The translations under genes were made by a program, and so were the position numbers. This document shows positions 25,698 through 35,024 of a stretch of 35,024 nucleotides of DNA, piece by piece. Numbering within the stretch: position 1 is the stretch's first letter; each line of letters opens with the position of its first letter. The notes beneath the pieces are model-generated. The model did no database searches, had not been told where the DNA came from, and saw only the letters and a list, made by a program, of their open reading frames with translations. The stretch comes from an uncultured Lachnospiraceae bacterium. Lineage in GTDB: Bacteria; Bacillota; Clostridia; Lachnospirales; Lachnospiraceae. The stretch spans positions 1 to 35,024 of the forward strand of contig CACXFK010000182.1 in NCBI GenBank assembly GCA_902766945.1, read 5' to 3'.

Positions 25698-26717
25698 ATG
25701 GCGGAGACTCTGTTTGACCTTCCCGCGCAGCATGAGCGGAACCTGTTCGGACAGTTCGACTCACATCTGAAACTGATCGAGCAGGAACTTTCCGTCAGTA
25801 TCGTTCCGCGGAACGGGCATGTCAAACTGATCGGTTCGGATGCGGGGATCGGACAGGCGAAGAAGCTGCTCGCGATGCTGCTCGTTCTCTCCGAGAAGGG
25901 CAATACGATTACGGAGCAGAACATCCGGTATGCACTGTCACTGCTCAGGGAGGAAAGAGAGCGGGCTATGATCGAAATTGACCGGGAAATCATCCTGCAC
26001 ACGATGTCGGGGCGTCCCATCAAGCCGAAAACGGTCGGTCAGAAGGAGTACATCGACTCGATTGAGTCCAACATGATCACGTTCGGCATCGGGCCGGCGG
26101 GTACGGGCAAAACCTACCTCGCGATGGCGATGGCCATCCGGGCGTTCCGGGCGGAGGAAGTGTCCAGGATCATCCTGACGAGACCGGCCATTGAAGCGGG
26201 GGAAAAGCTGGGCTTTCTTCCCGGCGATCTGCAGAGCAAGATCGATCCGTATCTGCGGCCGCTCTACGACGCACTTTACGACATCATGGGGGCGGAGGCA
26301 TTTTTGAAAAATTCCGAAAAGGGGCTGATCGAAGTGGCGCCGCTCGCGTACATGCGCGGAAGAACGCTGGACAATGCCTTTATTATTCTGGACGAAGCCC
26401 AGAACACAACCCCGTCCCAGATGAAGATGTTCCTGACCAGGATCGGTTTCGGTTCCAAGGTGGTCGTAACCGGGGACCGGACGCAGAAGGATCTGCCGAG
26501 AGATGAAAAAAGCGGACTGGACGTGGCCTGCCGCGTGCTTCGGAAGATCTCCGATATCGGCATGTGCGAACTGACGAGCCGTGACGTCGTCAGACATCCG
26601 CTTGTTCAGAAGATCGTGGAAGCGTATGAGAAATATGAGGAGCGCGAGACCGCAAGGCAGGTCAAAAGGGGACCGCGCGCATCCGGTGTGGTAAGAAAGG
26701 GCGGAAACGGGCGATGA
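25698..26717 (+). CDS. phoH: PhoH family ATPase (YbeZ-type with N-terminal KH-like region)
   Basis: GPAGTGKTYLA, RPAIEAGEKLGFLPGDL, PLAYMRGRTL, DEAQN, DVVRHPLV. Confidence 0.95.
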   Translation: MAETLFDLPAQHERNLFGQFDSHLKLIEQELSVSIVPRNGHVKLIGSDAGIGQAKKLLAMLLVLSEKGNTITEQNIRYALSLLREERERAMIEIDREIILHTMSGRPIKPKTVGQKEYIDSIESNMITFGIGPAGTGKTYLAMAMAIRAFRAEEVSRIILTRPAIEAGEKLGFLPGDLQSKIDPYLRPLYDALYDIMGAEAFLKNSEKGLIEVAPLAYMRGRTLDNAFIILDEAQNTTPSQMKMFLTRIGFGSKVVVTGDRTQKDLPRDEKSGLDVACRVLRKISDIGMCELTSRDVVRHPLVQKIVEAYEKYEERETARQVKRGPRASGVVRKGGNGR

Positions 26718-27235
26718 CACTATGGTTTGAAAATGAATATCCGGACGTTCCGCTCGGCACTCTGTTCGATTTTGATCTTGAGAAAACGGCGGAGGAAGTC
26801 GCATCCTGCGTCCTTGCCGAAGAGCACTGTCCGTATGACACGGAACTGTCGCTGACTCTGGTCGATGACGCGCGCATCCGTGCGATCAATCTTGAGATGC
26901 GGGGAATTGACGCGGCGACGGACGTCCTGTCTTTCCCGATGGTCGCCTATTCCGAGCCGTCCGCGTTTGCGGAGGCGGAGGCGCTGAAAGCGGACTCATT
27001 TGACATGGAGAGCGGCGCGCTGCTGCTCGGCGATATTGTCCTTTCCGCCGATCATGTCCTCAGCCAGTCCGCCGCTTACGGGCATTCGGCGAGACGGGAA
27101 GCGGCCTTTCTCATTGCTCATTCCATGCTCCACCTGCTCGGCTATGACCATATGAACGAAGAGGAAGAGCGCGTGATGTTTGCAAAACAGGAAGCCGTGC
27201 TCCGACTGCTCGGCATCACGAGGGAGACGATTTGA
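26714..27235 (+). CDS. ybeY: rRNA maturation endoribonuclease YbeY
   Basis: TDVLSFP, LGDIVLS, HSMLHLLGYDH metal-binding motif. Confidence 0.95.
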   Translation: MTLWFENEYPDVPLGTLFDFDLEKTAEEVASCVLAEEHCPYDTELSLTLVDDARIRAINLEMRGIDAATDVLSFPMVAYSEPSAFAEAEALKADSFDMESGALLLGDIVLSADHVLSQSAAYGHSARREAAFLIAHSMLHLLGYDHMNEEEERVMFAKQEAVLRLLGITRETI

Positions 27236-27239
27236 GAGT

Positions 27240-28073
27240 ATGATAAGAGACCAGCTGAAACATAAACAGAGGATTGTCATCAAGATCGGATCGTCCTCAC
27301 TGATCCACGCCGAGACCGGCCTTCTGAATTTCCCGAAGATCGAGATTCTGGCGCGCGAGGTGGCGGACATCCATAATCAGGGCAAGGACGTCGTCATCGT
27401 CTCGTCAGGCGCCATCGCGGTCGGAAGGGCGGCAATGGGAATCGACAAGCTGCATTCCCTGAAGCAGAAGCAGGCATGCGCCGCGATCGGCCAGGTCCGT
27501 CTGATGATGATCTACCAGAAGTTTTTCTCCGAGTACGGCCTCAACACCGCGCAGGTGCTCCTGACCAAGCAGACGATGCTGGACAGCGAGAGCCGGGATA
27601 ATGCCCGCAATACGTTTGAGGAGCTCTTTCAGCTCGGGGTGATTCCGATCGTAAATGAAAATGACACGGTCGAAACCTACGACATCCGGTTCGGCGACAA
27701 TGACCGCCTCTCGGCGATCGTGACGGCGCTGATCCATGCCGATCTCCTGATCCTCCTTTCGGACATCAGAGGACTCTATACGGATGATCCGAAGCAGAAT
27801 CCGGACGCCCGGTTCATCAGTTATGTGGACCGGATCGACGAGGATCTGCTGTCCATGGCGAAGTCCACGACCGGCAGTTCGGTGGGGACGGGCGGCATGT
27901 CCACAAAGCTGTCCGCCGCGGAGATCGCAACGGCGGCAGGAGCCGAGATGATCATCGCACTCGCGGAGGATTTCCGGATCCTGCACAGGATCCTCGGAGG
28001 CGAAGAATGCGGCACGCTGTTTAAGGCGCACCCGCATGAGTTTTATCTGATGGATTATCTGGAAAAGATGTGA
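27240..28073 (+). CDS. proB: Glutamate 5-kinase (short form without PUA domain)
   Basis: VIKIGSSSL, VSSGAIAVG, AAIGQ, NENDTV, FGDNDRLSA, GTGGMSTKL. Start set to ATG 27240. Confidence 0.95.
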   Translation: MIRDQLKHKQRIVIKIGSSSLIHAETGLLNFPKIEILAREVADIHNQGKDVVIVSSGAIAVGRAAMGIDKLHSLKQKQACAAIGQVRLMMIYQKFFSEYGLNTAQVLLTKQTMLDSESRDNARNTFEELFQLGVIPIVNENDTVETYDIRFGDNDRLSAIVTALIHADLLILLSDIRGLYTDDPKQNPDARFISYVDRIDEDLLSMAKSTTGSSVGTGGMSTKLSAAEIATAAGAEMIIALAEDFRILHRILGGEECGTLFKAHPHEFYLMDYLEKM

Positions 28074-28077
28074 CGGT

Positions 28078-28671
28078 ATGCAGGCCATTTCGAAAGAAGA
28101 GGCAAGGAACCTTGTCCGCTCTATGCGGAAGCGGATTCCGCCCGAAGTATTCGTGATGAAAAGCGGCATCCTGTGCCGGAAACTGATCCGCTCGGATGAG
28201 TGGCAAAGCGCGAAGACCGTGCTGCTCTACGCATCCCTTCCCGGAGAGGTTGTGACGGATCTTCTCTTTGAAGACGCTTTCCGGTCGGGCAGGACGGTTG
28301 CCGTCCCGAAAGTGACGGGCAGTGAGATCGTCTTTTCGCGCATCACATCCATGAGCGATCTCTCGGAAGGCACATTCCGGATTCCGGAGCCGCGTGAGAT
28401 CGTGCCGTTTGACTTTGAGCAGCCGCTGATCGTGCTGCCCGGGGTCGCATTTGATGTAACCGGGAACCGCGTCGGATACGGGCGCGGCTTCTATGACCGG
28501 TATCTGTCGGCTCATCTCGGACTGAAAAATTGCGCTGTCGCGTATGATTTTTCGGTGTTTCCGCAGATCCTCGCGGATGAGTGGGACGTGCGGACGGATT
28601 GCCTGATTACGGAAAAAAGGGAATATCGGAATGATGAATCAAAACCAGGGCGGGGGCACGGCAGCCCTTGA
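28078..28671 (+). CDS. 5-formyltetrahydrofolate cyclo-ligase
   Basis: K-xx-R start, VAVPKV, IPEP, PGVAFDxxGNRVGYGRGFYDRYL, WDVRTDCLITE. Confidence 0.9.
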   Translation: MQAISKEEARNLVRSMRKRIPPEVFVMKSGILCRKLIRSDEWQSAKTVLLYASLPGEVVTDLLFEDAFRSGRTVAVPKVTGSEIVFSRITSMSDLSEGTFRIPEPREIVPFDFEQPLIVLPGVAFDVTGNRVGYGRGFYDRYLSAHLGLKNCAVAYDFSVFPQILADEWDVRTDCLITEKREYRNDESKPGRGHGSP

Positions 28672-29905
28672 AGAAATCGGCCGGAAAGCAGCGGAAGCCG
28701 CAAGAATTCTCGCTACATTGTCAACAGATCTGAAAAACCGCGTGCTCCTGACCGCGGCCGATCTTATTGTGGAAAGAGAACAGGATATTCTGGACGCCAA
28801 TGCCGAGGACTGGAAGGCGGCCGTGGAGCGGCAGATGCCGGAAGGCCTCCTGGACAGGCTGACGCTCACATCAGAGCGGATCGCCGGAATGGCGGAAGGA
28901 CTCAGAGTGGTTGCAGGGCTCGATGACCCGATCGGGTCGGTCGGGCATATGGTCAGGCGGCCGAACGGTCTTCTGATCGGGCGCATGACGGTTCCGCTCG
29001 GGGTCATCGGCGTGATTTACGAAGCGCGCCCGAACGTGACGTCGGACGTGTTTGCCCTCTGCTTTAAGACGGGCAACGCGACGATCCTGAAAGGCGGAAG
29101 CGACGCGCTCAGGTCCAATGCGGCGGTGACGGAGGTGCTGCGGGAAGCGCTCAGGCGGTGCGAAGTGCCGGAAGAGGCGGTGACGCTGATCATGGACACG
29201 TCGCGCGAGACAACCCGCGCTTTCATGAGGATGGACCGCTATGTGGATCTGATGATCCCGCGCGGAGGCGCCGGCCTCATCAATACCGTTGTCAGGGAAA
29301 GCACGATCCCCGTGATCCAGACGGGGACCGGCAACTGCCACGTCTATGTGGACTCGCCGGCCGACATCGTCATGGCCGTGAACATCATCAACAACGCGAA
29401 GACGCAGCGCATCGGCGTCTGCAACGCGGAAGAGTCACTCGTGGTGCACAGGGATATCCGCAGCGCGCTCCTTCCGGCCCTTGAGTTGAAACTGAAGGAA
29501 AAGAACGTTGAGCTGAGGGCGGACGACGCGTCCCGCGAGTTTCTCCTGGACGCCGTGCCCGCAACGGAAGAGGACTGGGGGACGGAGTATCTCGATTATA
29601 TTCTGTCCATCAAGACCGTCAACAACATCGACGAAGCGATCGAGCATATCAACCGGTACAATACCGGTCATTCCGAATGCATCGTGACCTCAAACTACAT
29701 CCACGCGCAGAAATTCCTGCGGGAGGTCGACGCGGCGGCGGTGTACGTCAACGCGTCCACCCGCTTTACCGACGGCTATGAATTCGGATTCGGCGCGGAG
29801 ATCGGAATCAGCACCCAGAAACTGCATGCCAGAGGGCCTATGGGTCTCATGGCTCTGACGACTTACAAGTATATCGTGTACGGGACGGGCCAGATCCGCC
29901 AGTAA
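28631..29905 (+). CDS. proA: Gamma-glutamyl phosphate reductase
   Basis: [81 protein letters not shown]. Confidence 0.97.
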   Translation: [424 protein letters not shown]

Positions 29906-29917
29906 CAAGGAGTGTTC

Positions 29918-31339
29918 ATGCAAGATCAAAGTGAGAGAGCAAGGGAGGAGGCGCTGCTTTCCGGAAGTATTGCCGAAGCGAAGGCCGAGCTCAGGTCGAT
30001 GAGCCTTATGAAAGGGCGTCCGCTCCGCTCCACAGTCGTGACTTTCGGCTGTCAGATGAATGCCAGGGATTCCGAGAAGCTCCGCGGCATACTGGAGGCG
30101 GTCGGCTTCGAGGACACCGACGACGAGGAGACAGCGGATTTTATCCTGTACAATACCTGTACGGTCCGTGAAAATGCCGACCAGCACGTGTACGGCCGGC
30201 TCGGCATCCTGACAGGACTGAAGAAGAAAAATCCGGACCTGATCGTCGGGCTCTGCGGCTGTATGATGCAGGAGGAGCATGTCGTACAGAAGATCCGGAA
30301 GAGTTATCCGGTTGTGGAGCTGATCTTCGGCACCCACAACCTGTTTACGTTTCCGGAGCTTCTCGCCCGCATCCTGAGAGAGCGGAAACGGGTGATCGAG
30401 CTGTGGGACGGCACGGACCGGATCGTCGAGCATCTGCCGGTGAAGCGCAAATACGCGTTTAAGTCCGGCGTCAACATCATGTTCGGATGCAACAATTTCT
30501 GCAGCTACTGCATCGTGCCGTACGTGCGGGGACGCGAGCGGTCACGCGAGGCGGAGGACATACTCGAAGAAGTGAGGCAGCTTTCCGCGGACGGCGTGAA
30601 GGAGATCATGCTCCTCGGGCAGAATGTCAACTCATACGGGAAGACGTCCGGAAGCGGTATGACCTTTCCGGAACTCCTGCGGCAGACGGCCCGCGTTCCC
30701 GGGATCGAGCGCGTGCGGTTTATGACCTCGCATCCCAAGGACCTGTCGGATGAGCTGATCGACGTGATCGCGTCGGAGCGCACGATCTGCCGCCATTTTC
30801 ATCTGCCGGTACAGTCCGGCAGCACCCGGATTCTCGCACAGATGAACCGCCGGTATACCAGGGAGGCTTATCTGGAGCTGACAAAGAAGATCCGGGCCAA
30901 GGTGCCGGATATCTCGCTTACGACGGACCTGATCGTCGGATTCCCGGGTGAGACGGAAGACGATTTTCTCGACACGCTGTCGCTCGTCAGGGAAGTCGGA
31001 TTTGACAGCGCGTTTACGTTTCTTTATTCCAGAAGGACCGGGACGCCGGCCGCCAAGCGCGCGGACCAGGTCCCGGACGACGTCGCACATGAGCGCTTTG
31101 ACCGCCTTCTCGCTGCCGTTAAGGAGAGCTCGGAAGTGATGTGCCGCCGCTTTGAGGGACAGGTGATGGAGGTTCTCGTGGAAGAGGAGAACCGGATGCA
31201 GGGGTATGTCAGCGGCCGGATTTCCCAGAATCTGACCGTGCATTTTCCCGGAACGAAAGAGCTCATCGGGCAGATCGTGCCGGTCCGCCTGAAAGAGTGC
31301 AAAGGATTTTATTATTTCGGAGAACAGGAAGGAAGATAA
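29918..31339 (+). CDS. miaB: tRNA-2-methylthio-N6-dimethylallyladenosine synthase MiaB
   Basis: TFGCQMNARDSE, NTCTVRENA, GCNNFCSYCIVPYVRG, LLGQNVNSYG, TSHPKD. ATG 29918 preferred (AGGAG at 29908-29912). Confidence 0.96.
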   Translation: MQDQSERAREEALLSGSIAEAKAELRSMSLMKGRPLRSTVVTFGCQMNARDSEKLRGILEAVGFEDTDDEETADFILYNTCTVRENADQHVYGRLGILTGLKKKNPDLIVGLCGCMMQEEHVVQKIRKSYPVVELIFGTHNLFTFPELLARILRERKRVIELWDGTDRIVEHLPVKRKYAFKSGVNIMFGCNNFCSYCIVPYVRGRERSREAEDILEEVRQLSADGVKEIMLLGQNVNSYGKTSGSGMTFPELLRQTARVPGIERVRFMTSHPKDLSDELIDVIASERTICRHFHLPVQSGSTRILAQMNRRYTREAYLELTKKIRAKVPDISLTTDLIVGFPGETEDDFLDTLSLVREVGFDSAFTFLYSRRTGTPAAKRADQVPDDVAHERFDRLLAAVKESSEVMCRRFEGQVMEVLVEEENRMQGYVSGRISQNLTVHFPGTKELIGQIVPVRLKECKGFYYFGEQEGR

Positions 31340-31340
31340 C

Positions 31341-33989
31341 ATGGGCTTATCCCCGATGATGCAGGAGTACGTGAGCACGAAGGAAGCGAACAAGGACTGC
31401 ATCCTCATGTACCGGGTCGGCGACTTTTTCGAAATGTTCTTTGACGACGCCCTGACCGTGTCGAAAGAACTTGAACTGACGCTGACCGGAAAGGAGTGCG
31501 GGCTGCCGGAGCGCGCGCCGATGTGCGGCGTGCCGTACCATGCCGTTGACACCTATATCGGAAGGCTCGTCAGACTGGGCCACAAGGTGGCGGTGTGCGA
31601 CCAGGTGGAGGACCCGAAACTCGCAAAAGGACTTGTGCGCCGGGAGATCACGAGGATCGTGACTCCCGGCACGAATTTTGACGCCTCCGTAATGGAAGAA
31701 GGGCGGAACAATTATCTTGTCTGCCTTGTCTGCACGGAGGACCGCTACGGCATCGCTTCGTGCGACGTCTCGACCGGAGAGTTCCTGCTCACCGAGACGG
31801 ACCGGCGGGAAAAGCTTTCGGATGAGCTCTACAAGCTCGAACCGTCCGAGATCATCTGCAACGAGGCGCTCCTTATGTCCGGGCTGGACCTGGATGAACT
31901 GAAAAACCGCCTCCACGTGCTCATCGAGCCGCTTGACGACCGCTATTTCGAGGATGAAACGTGCGAGATGACGCTCCGGGATCATTTTCATGTACAGAGC
32001 ATGGAGGGACTCGGGATCGACACAATGTCCTGCGGCATCTGCGCAGCCGGAGCCCTGATCACCTACCTCTTCGAGACGCAGAAGACCGATCTGGCGCATA
32101 TCTCGACAATCCGGCCATACAGAACCGAAGCCTATATGGTGCTCGGAAGCGCCACGATGCGGAACCTGGAGCTGACGGAGACGCTCAGGGAAAAAGAGAA
32201 ACGCGGTTCCCTCCTCTGGGTCCTGGACCACACGAAAACCGCGATGGGGGCCCGTATGCTCCGGAACTGGATCGAGCAGCCCCTGATCAATAAGGCGGAA
32301 ATCTGCGGCAGACTGGACGCCGTGGAAGCGATTGGCCGCGACGTGATTTCATCCGAGGAGCTGAGGGAATACCTCTCCTCCGTATATGACCTGGAGAGGC
32401 TGAGCGGCCGCATCAGCCTGAAGAGCGCCAATCCTAGGGATCTGATCGCGCTCAGGTCGTCGCTTTCCATGCTGCCTCATATCCACGCGCTTCTTGAGGC
32501 ATTTCCGTGCGGTCTTTTCAAAGCATACAGCGACACATTTGACGATCTGGGCGACCTTTATGAACTCCTTGAAGCGGCGATTGACGACGATCCGCCTCTT
32601 GCGATGAAGGAAGGCGGCATCATCAAGGACGGATACTCCGAAGAGGTGGACACATACCGCCGGGCCAAGACGGACGGGCGCGAATGGCTGGCCCGTCTCG
32701 AGGCAAAAGAGCGGGAACTGACCGGCATCCACACGCTGAAAGTGAAATACAACCGGGTATTCGGCTATTGCATCGAAGTCACGAATTCCTTTAAGGACAA
32801 GGTGCCGGACCGGTATACGAGGAAGCAGACTCTGGTCGGGGGCGAGCGATACACCACGCCGGAGTTAAAAGAGATTGAGGACCGGATCCTCGGAGCCCAG
32901 GACCGGCTCTATGCGCTGGAGTACGACCTGTATTGCAGTGTCAGGGAGAAAATCGGCGAGAACCTGACGCGCATCCAGATGACGGCGAGAACCGTAGCGG
33001 CGATCGACGTCCTGCAGTCCCTGAGCTATACGGCCAGGCGGAACGGGTATGTGCGCCCGGTCATCAAGGAAGACGGCTCGATCTCGATCAAGGGCGGCCG
33101 TCATCCCGTCGTAGAGAAAATGGTGCGGTCGGACAGCTTTGTCCCGAACGACACCGTGCTGGACAATAAGAGAAAGCGCATCTCCGTGATCACGGGCCCG
33201 AATATGGCCGGAAAATCCACCTATATGCGGCAGAGCGCGCTGATCGTCCTCATGGCGCAGATCGGATCCTTCGTCCCGGCGGAATCCGCCGAGATCGGGA
33301 TCGTGGACCGCATTTTCACCAGAGTGGGCGCGTCGGACGATCTCGCAAGCGGCCAGAGCACGTTTATGGTGGAAATGACCGAAGTCGCCAATATATTGCG
33401 AAATGCGACGTCCGATTCCCTCCTCATCCTGGATGAGATCGGCCGCGGCACCTCGACGTTCGACGGGCTTGCGCTCGCATGGGCGATCATCGAATATGTG
33501 GCCGACCGGAAACTGATCGGCGCGAAGACGCTTTTTGCCACGCATTACCATGAGCTGACGGAGCTCGAGGGAAAGATCGACGGCGTTCACAATTACTGCA
33601 TCGCGGTCAAAGAAAAAGGCGACGGGATCGTGTTCCTCAGGAAGATCGTGAAGGGCGGCGCGGATAAGAGCTACGGCATCCAGGTCGCGCGGCTTGCGGG
33701 CGTGCCTGAGGCGGTGCTCGTAAGGGCGGACGACCTCGTCAAGCAGCTTCTTACAGCCGACATCACAGGGGCGATCGAATCCATCGCCAAGACGCCGAAG
33801 AAGAAAGCAAAGTCCGTCCGGTACGACGACGTCGACCTGGAGCAGATCTCTTTCTTCGATACGGTATCCGACGATGACGTCCTGAAGGAACTCAAGGAAC
33901 TGCAGGTGGATTCCCTGACCCCGATCGACGCTCTGAACGAACTGTACAGGCTGCAGAATAAGCTGAAGAACAGATGGAGAAACGAATGA
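31341..33989 (+). CDS. mutS: DNA mismatch repair protein MutS
   Basis: SPMMQEY, GDFFEMF, MCGVPYH, TGPNMAGKSTYMRQ, STFMVEM, DEIGRGTST, FATHYHEL, SYGIQVARLAG. Confidence 0.98.
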   Translation: MGLSPMMQEYVSTKEANKDCILMYRVGDFFEMFFDDALTVSKELELTLTGKECGLPERAPMCGVPYHAVDTYIGRLVRLGHKVAVCDQVEDPKLAKGLVRREITRIVTPGTNFDASVMEEGRNNYLVCLVCTEDRYGIASCDVSTGEFLLTETDRREKLSDELYKLEPSEIICNEALLMSGLDLDELKNRLHVLIEPLDDRYFEDETCEMTLRDHFHVQSMEGLGIDTMSCGICAAGALITYLFETQKTDLAHISTIRPYRTEAYMVLGSATMRNLELTETLREKEKRGSLLWVLDHTKTAMGARMLRNWIEQPLINKAEICGRLDAVEAIGRDVISSEELREYLSSVYDLERLSGRISLKSANPRDLIALRSSLSMLPHIHALLEAFPCGLFKAYSDTFDDLGDLYELLEAAIDDDPPLAMKEGGIIKDGYSEEVDTYRRAKTDGREWLARLEAKERELTGIHTLKVKYNRVFGYCIEVTNSFKDKVPDRYTRKQTLVGGERYTTPELKEIEDRILGAQDRLYALEYDLYCSVREKIGENLTRIQMTARTVAAIDVLQSLSYTARRNGYVRPVIKEDGSISIKGGRHPVVEKMVRSDSFVPNDTVLDNKRKRISVITGPNMAGKSTYMRQSALIVLMAQIGSFVPAESAEIGIVDRIFTRVGASDDLASGQSTFMVEMTEVANILRNATSDSLLILDEIGRGTSTFDGLALAWAIIEYVADRKLIGAKTLFATHYHELTELEGKIDGVHNYCIAVKEKGDGIVFLRKIVKGGADKSYGIQVARLAGVPEAVLVRADDLVKQLLTADITGAIESIAKTPKKKAKSVRYDDVDLEQISFFDTVSDDDVLKELKELQVDSLTPIDALNELYRLQNKLKNRWRNE

Positions 33990-35024
33990 ACCGCATACAT
34001 GTGCTTGACCAGGCTACGATCGATAAAATCGCGGCGGGCGAGGTGGTCGAAAGACCTGCGTCCGTGATCAAAGAACTTGTGGAAAATGCGATCGACGCCG
34101 GCGCCGGCCGCATAACCGCAGAGATCAGGGACGGCGGCATTTCCATGATGCGCGTGACGGACAACGGGCACGGGATCGCATCCGAGGATATCCCGCTCGC
34201 CTTCACCCGCCATGCCACGAGCAAGATCGAAGACGACCGGGATCTCCTCACGCTGCACTCACTCGGGTTCAGGGGCGAGGCGCTCTCCAGCATCAGCGCG
34301 GTCTCGCGCGTGGAACTGATCACGAAGCGTCCGGAGGACCTCACGGCCTCTAGATGCCTCGTCGAAGGAGGAAGGGAGCGGCTGCTCGAGGAGGTCGGGG
34401 CCCCGGACGGTACGACCATTATCGTGCGGGACCTGTTTTTCAATACGCCGGCCAGGGCGAAATTCCTGAAGACGCCGATGACGGAGGCTTCCCATGTGGG
34501 GGCCGTCATCGAGCAGATGATCCTGTCCAACCCGGACATCGCGTTTACGTTCATCGTAAATGGCCAGACGAAGCTCATCTCGGACGGGAGCGGCCGCCTT
34601 ACGGACGCCATCTTCGGCATCTACGGGCGGTCTTTGTCGGCGCAGCTCGTGCCTCTTGCATATGAGGACGGGGCCGTCTGCATCCGGGGTATGATCGGAA
34701 AGCCGCAGATCACGCGCGGCAACCGGAACTACGAGCAATATTATGTAAACGGGCGCTGTGTCAGGAGCCGCCTGATTGCGAGAGCCATCGAGGACGGATA
34801 CGGGACGAAGCTGATGCAGCATCAGTATCCGTTTGTCTGCCTGTCGCTCGCGGTCTCGGAACAAGCCGTCGACGTCAACGTGCATCCCTCCAAGCTGGAG
34901 GTCCGCTTTTCGGATGAAAAGGCGGTCTATAATGCGGTCCGGGCGGCTGTGGAGCAGACGCTCTCCGGTCTTGAGATGATTGCGGACGGGGCAGCGGCAG
35001 AAACAGCGCGCCCGGCACAGGGCC
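33986..35024 (+). CDS. mutL: DNA mismatch repair protein MutL (5' part; runs off the window; not in the ORF track)
   Basis: Translated by hand from ATG 33986: MNRIHVLDQATIDKIAAGEVVERPASVIKELVENAIDAG; in-frame LGFRGEAL (34262) and VDVNVHPSKLEVRF (34868); ATGA overlap with mutS. Confidence 0.97.
   Translation, partial: MNRIHVLDQATIDKIAAGEVVERPASVIKELVENAIDAGAGRITAEIRDGGISMMRVTDNGHGIASEDIPLAFTRHATSKIEDDRDLLTLHSLGFRGEALSSISAVSRVELITKRPEDLTASRCLVEGGRERLLEEVGAPDGTTIIVRDLFFNTPARAKFLKTPMTEASHVGAVIEQMILSNPDIAFTFIVNGQTKLISDGSGRLTDAIFGIYGRSLSAQLVPLAYEDGAVCIRGMIGKPQITRGNRNYEQYYVNGRCVRSRLIARAIEDGYGTKLMQHQYPFVCLSLAVSEQAVDVNVHPSKLEVRFSDEKAVYNAVRAAVEQTLSGLEMIADGAAAETARPAQG

Noticed and set aside
1-35024. 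Apparent abundance of GATC/CCGG words and a few GAGAAGGG (SRS/KOPS-like) octamers on the + strand
   Set aside because: Not counted; explainable by ATC/GAT/CCG/GAG-AAG codon usage. It needs a codon-aware k-mer test on the whole genome.
1-35024. CRISPR arrays, tRNA/rRNA genes, IS elements, prophage, defence or toxin-antitoxin systems
   Set aside because: All intergenic gaps are under about 190 bp and show no spaced direct repeats, cloverleaf or terminal inverted repeats; every long + strand ORF but one is a housekeeping family.

Overview
GC-rich core-chromosome window that looks like Bacillota/Clostridia, probably Lachnospiraceae (inferred from gene order and protein style). It holds 30 protein-coding genes, 29 on the + strand: rbgA(ylqF)-rnhB-yraN-pgeF, leuS, rqcH(NFACT), yicC-gmk-rpoZ-rimO-pgsA, icd, a convergent ABC-F ATPase, nnr-alr, yebC-uppP-ftsK plus a zinc-ribbon/TM/FN3-like protein, nfnAB, rlmH, phoH-ybeY-proB-(5-formyl-THF cyclo-ligase)-proA-miaB-mutS-mutL. 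mutL is cut by the window edge and is missing from the ORF track. I found no tRNA, rRNA, CRISPR array, transposase, phage or defence genes, and I cannot support a new multi-gene system. The best leads are small: (i) a nearly fully paired three-way-junction fold upstream of nfnAB that overlaps a Rex/CRP-geometry palindrome; (ii) divergent ABC-F and nnr promoters that share one -35 heptamer; (iii) an uncharacterised zinc-ribbon/TM/FN3-like protein coupled to ftsK; (iv) a pentapeptide-repeat, acid-free Ser/Arg N-terminus on FtsK; (v) competing helices upstream of rlmH and an apparently empty SCC-like att site at its 3' end; (vi) a leuS leader with no room for a T-box. All motif and pairing calls were made by eye; no database searches or folding programs were run.
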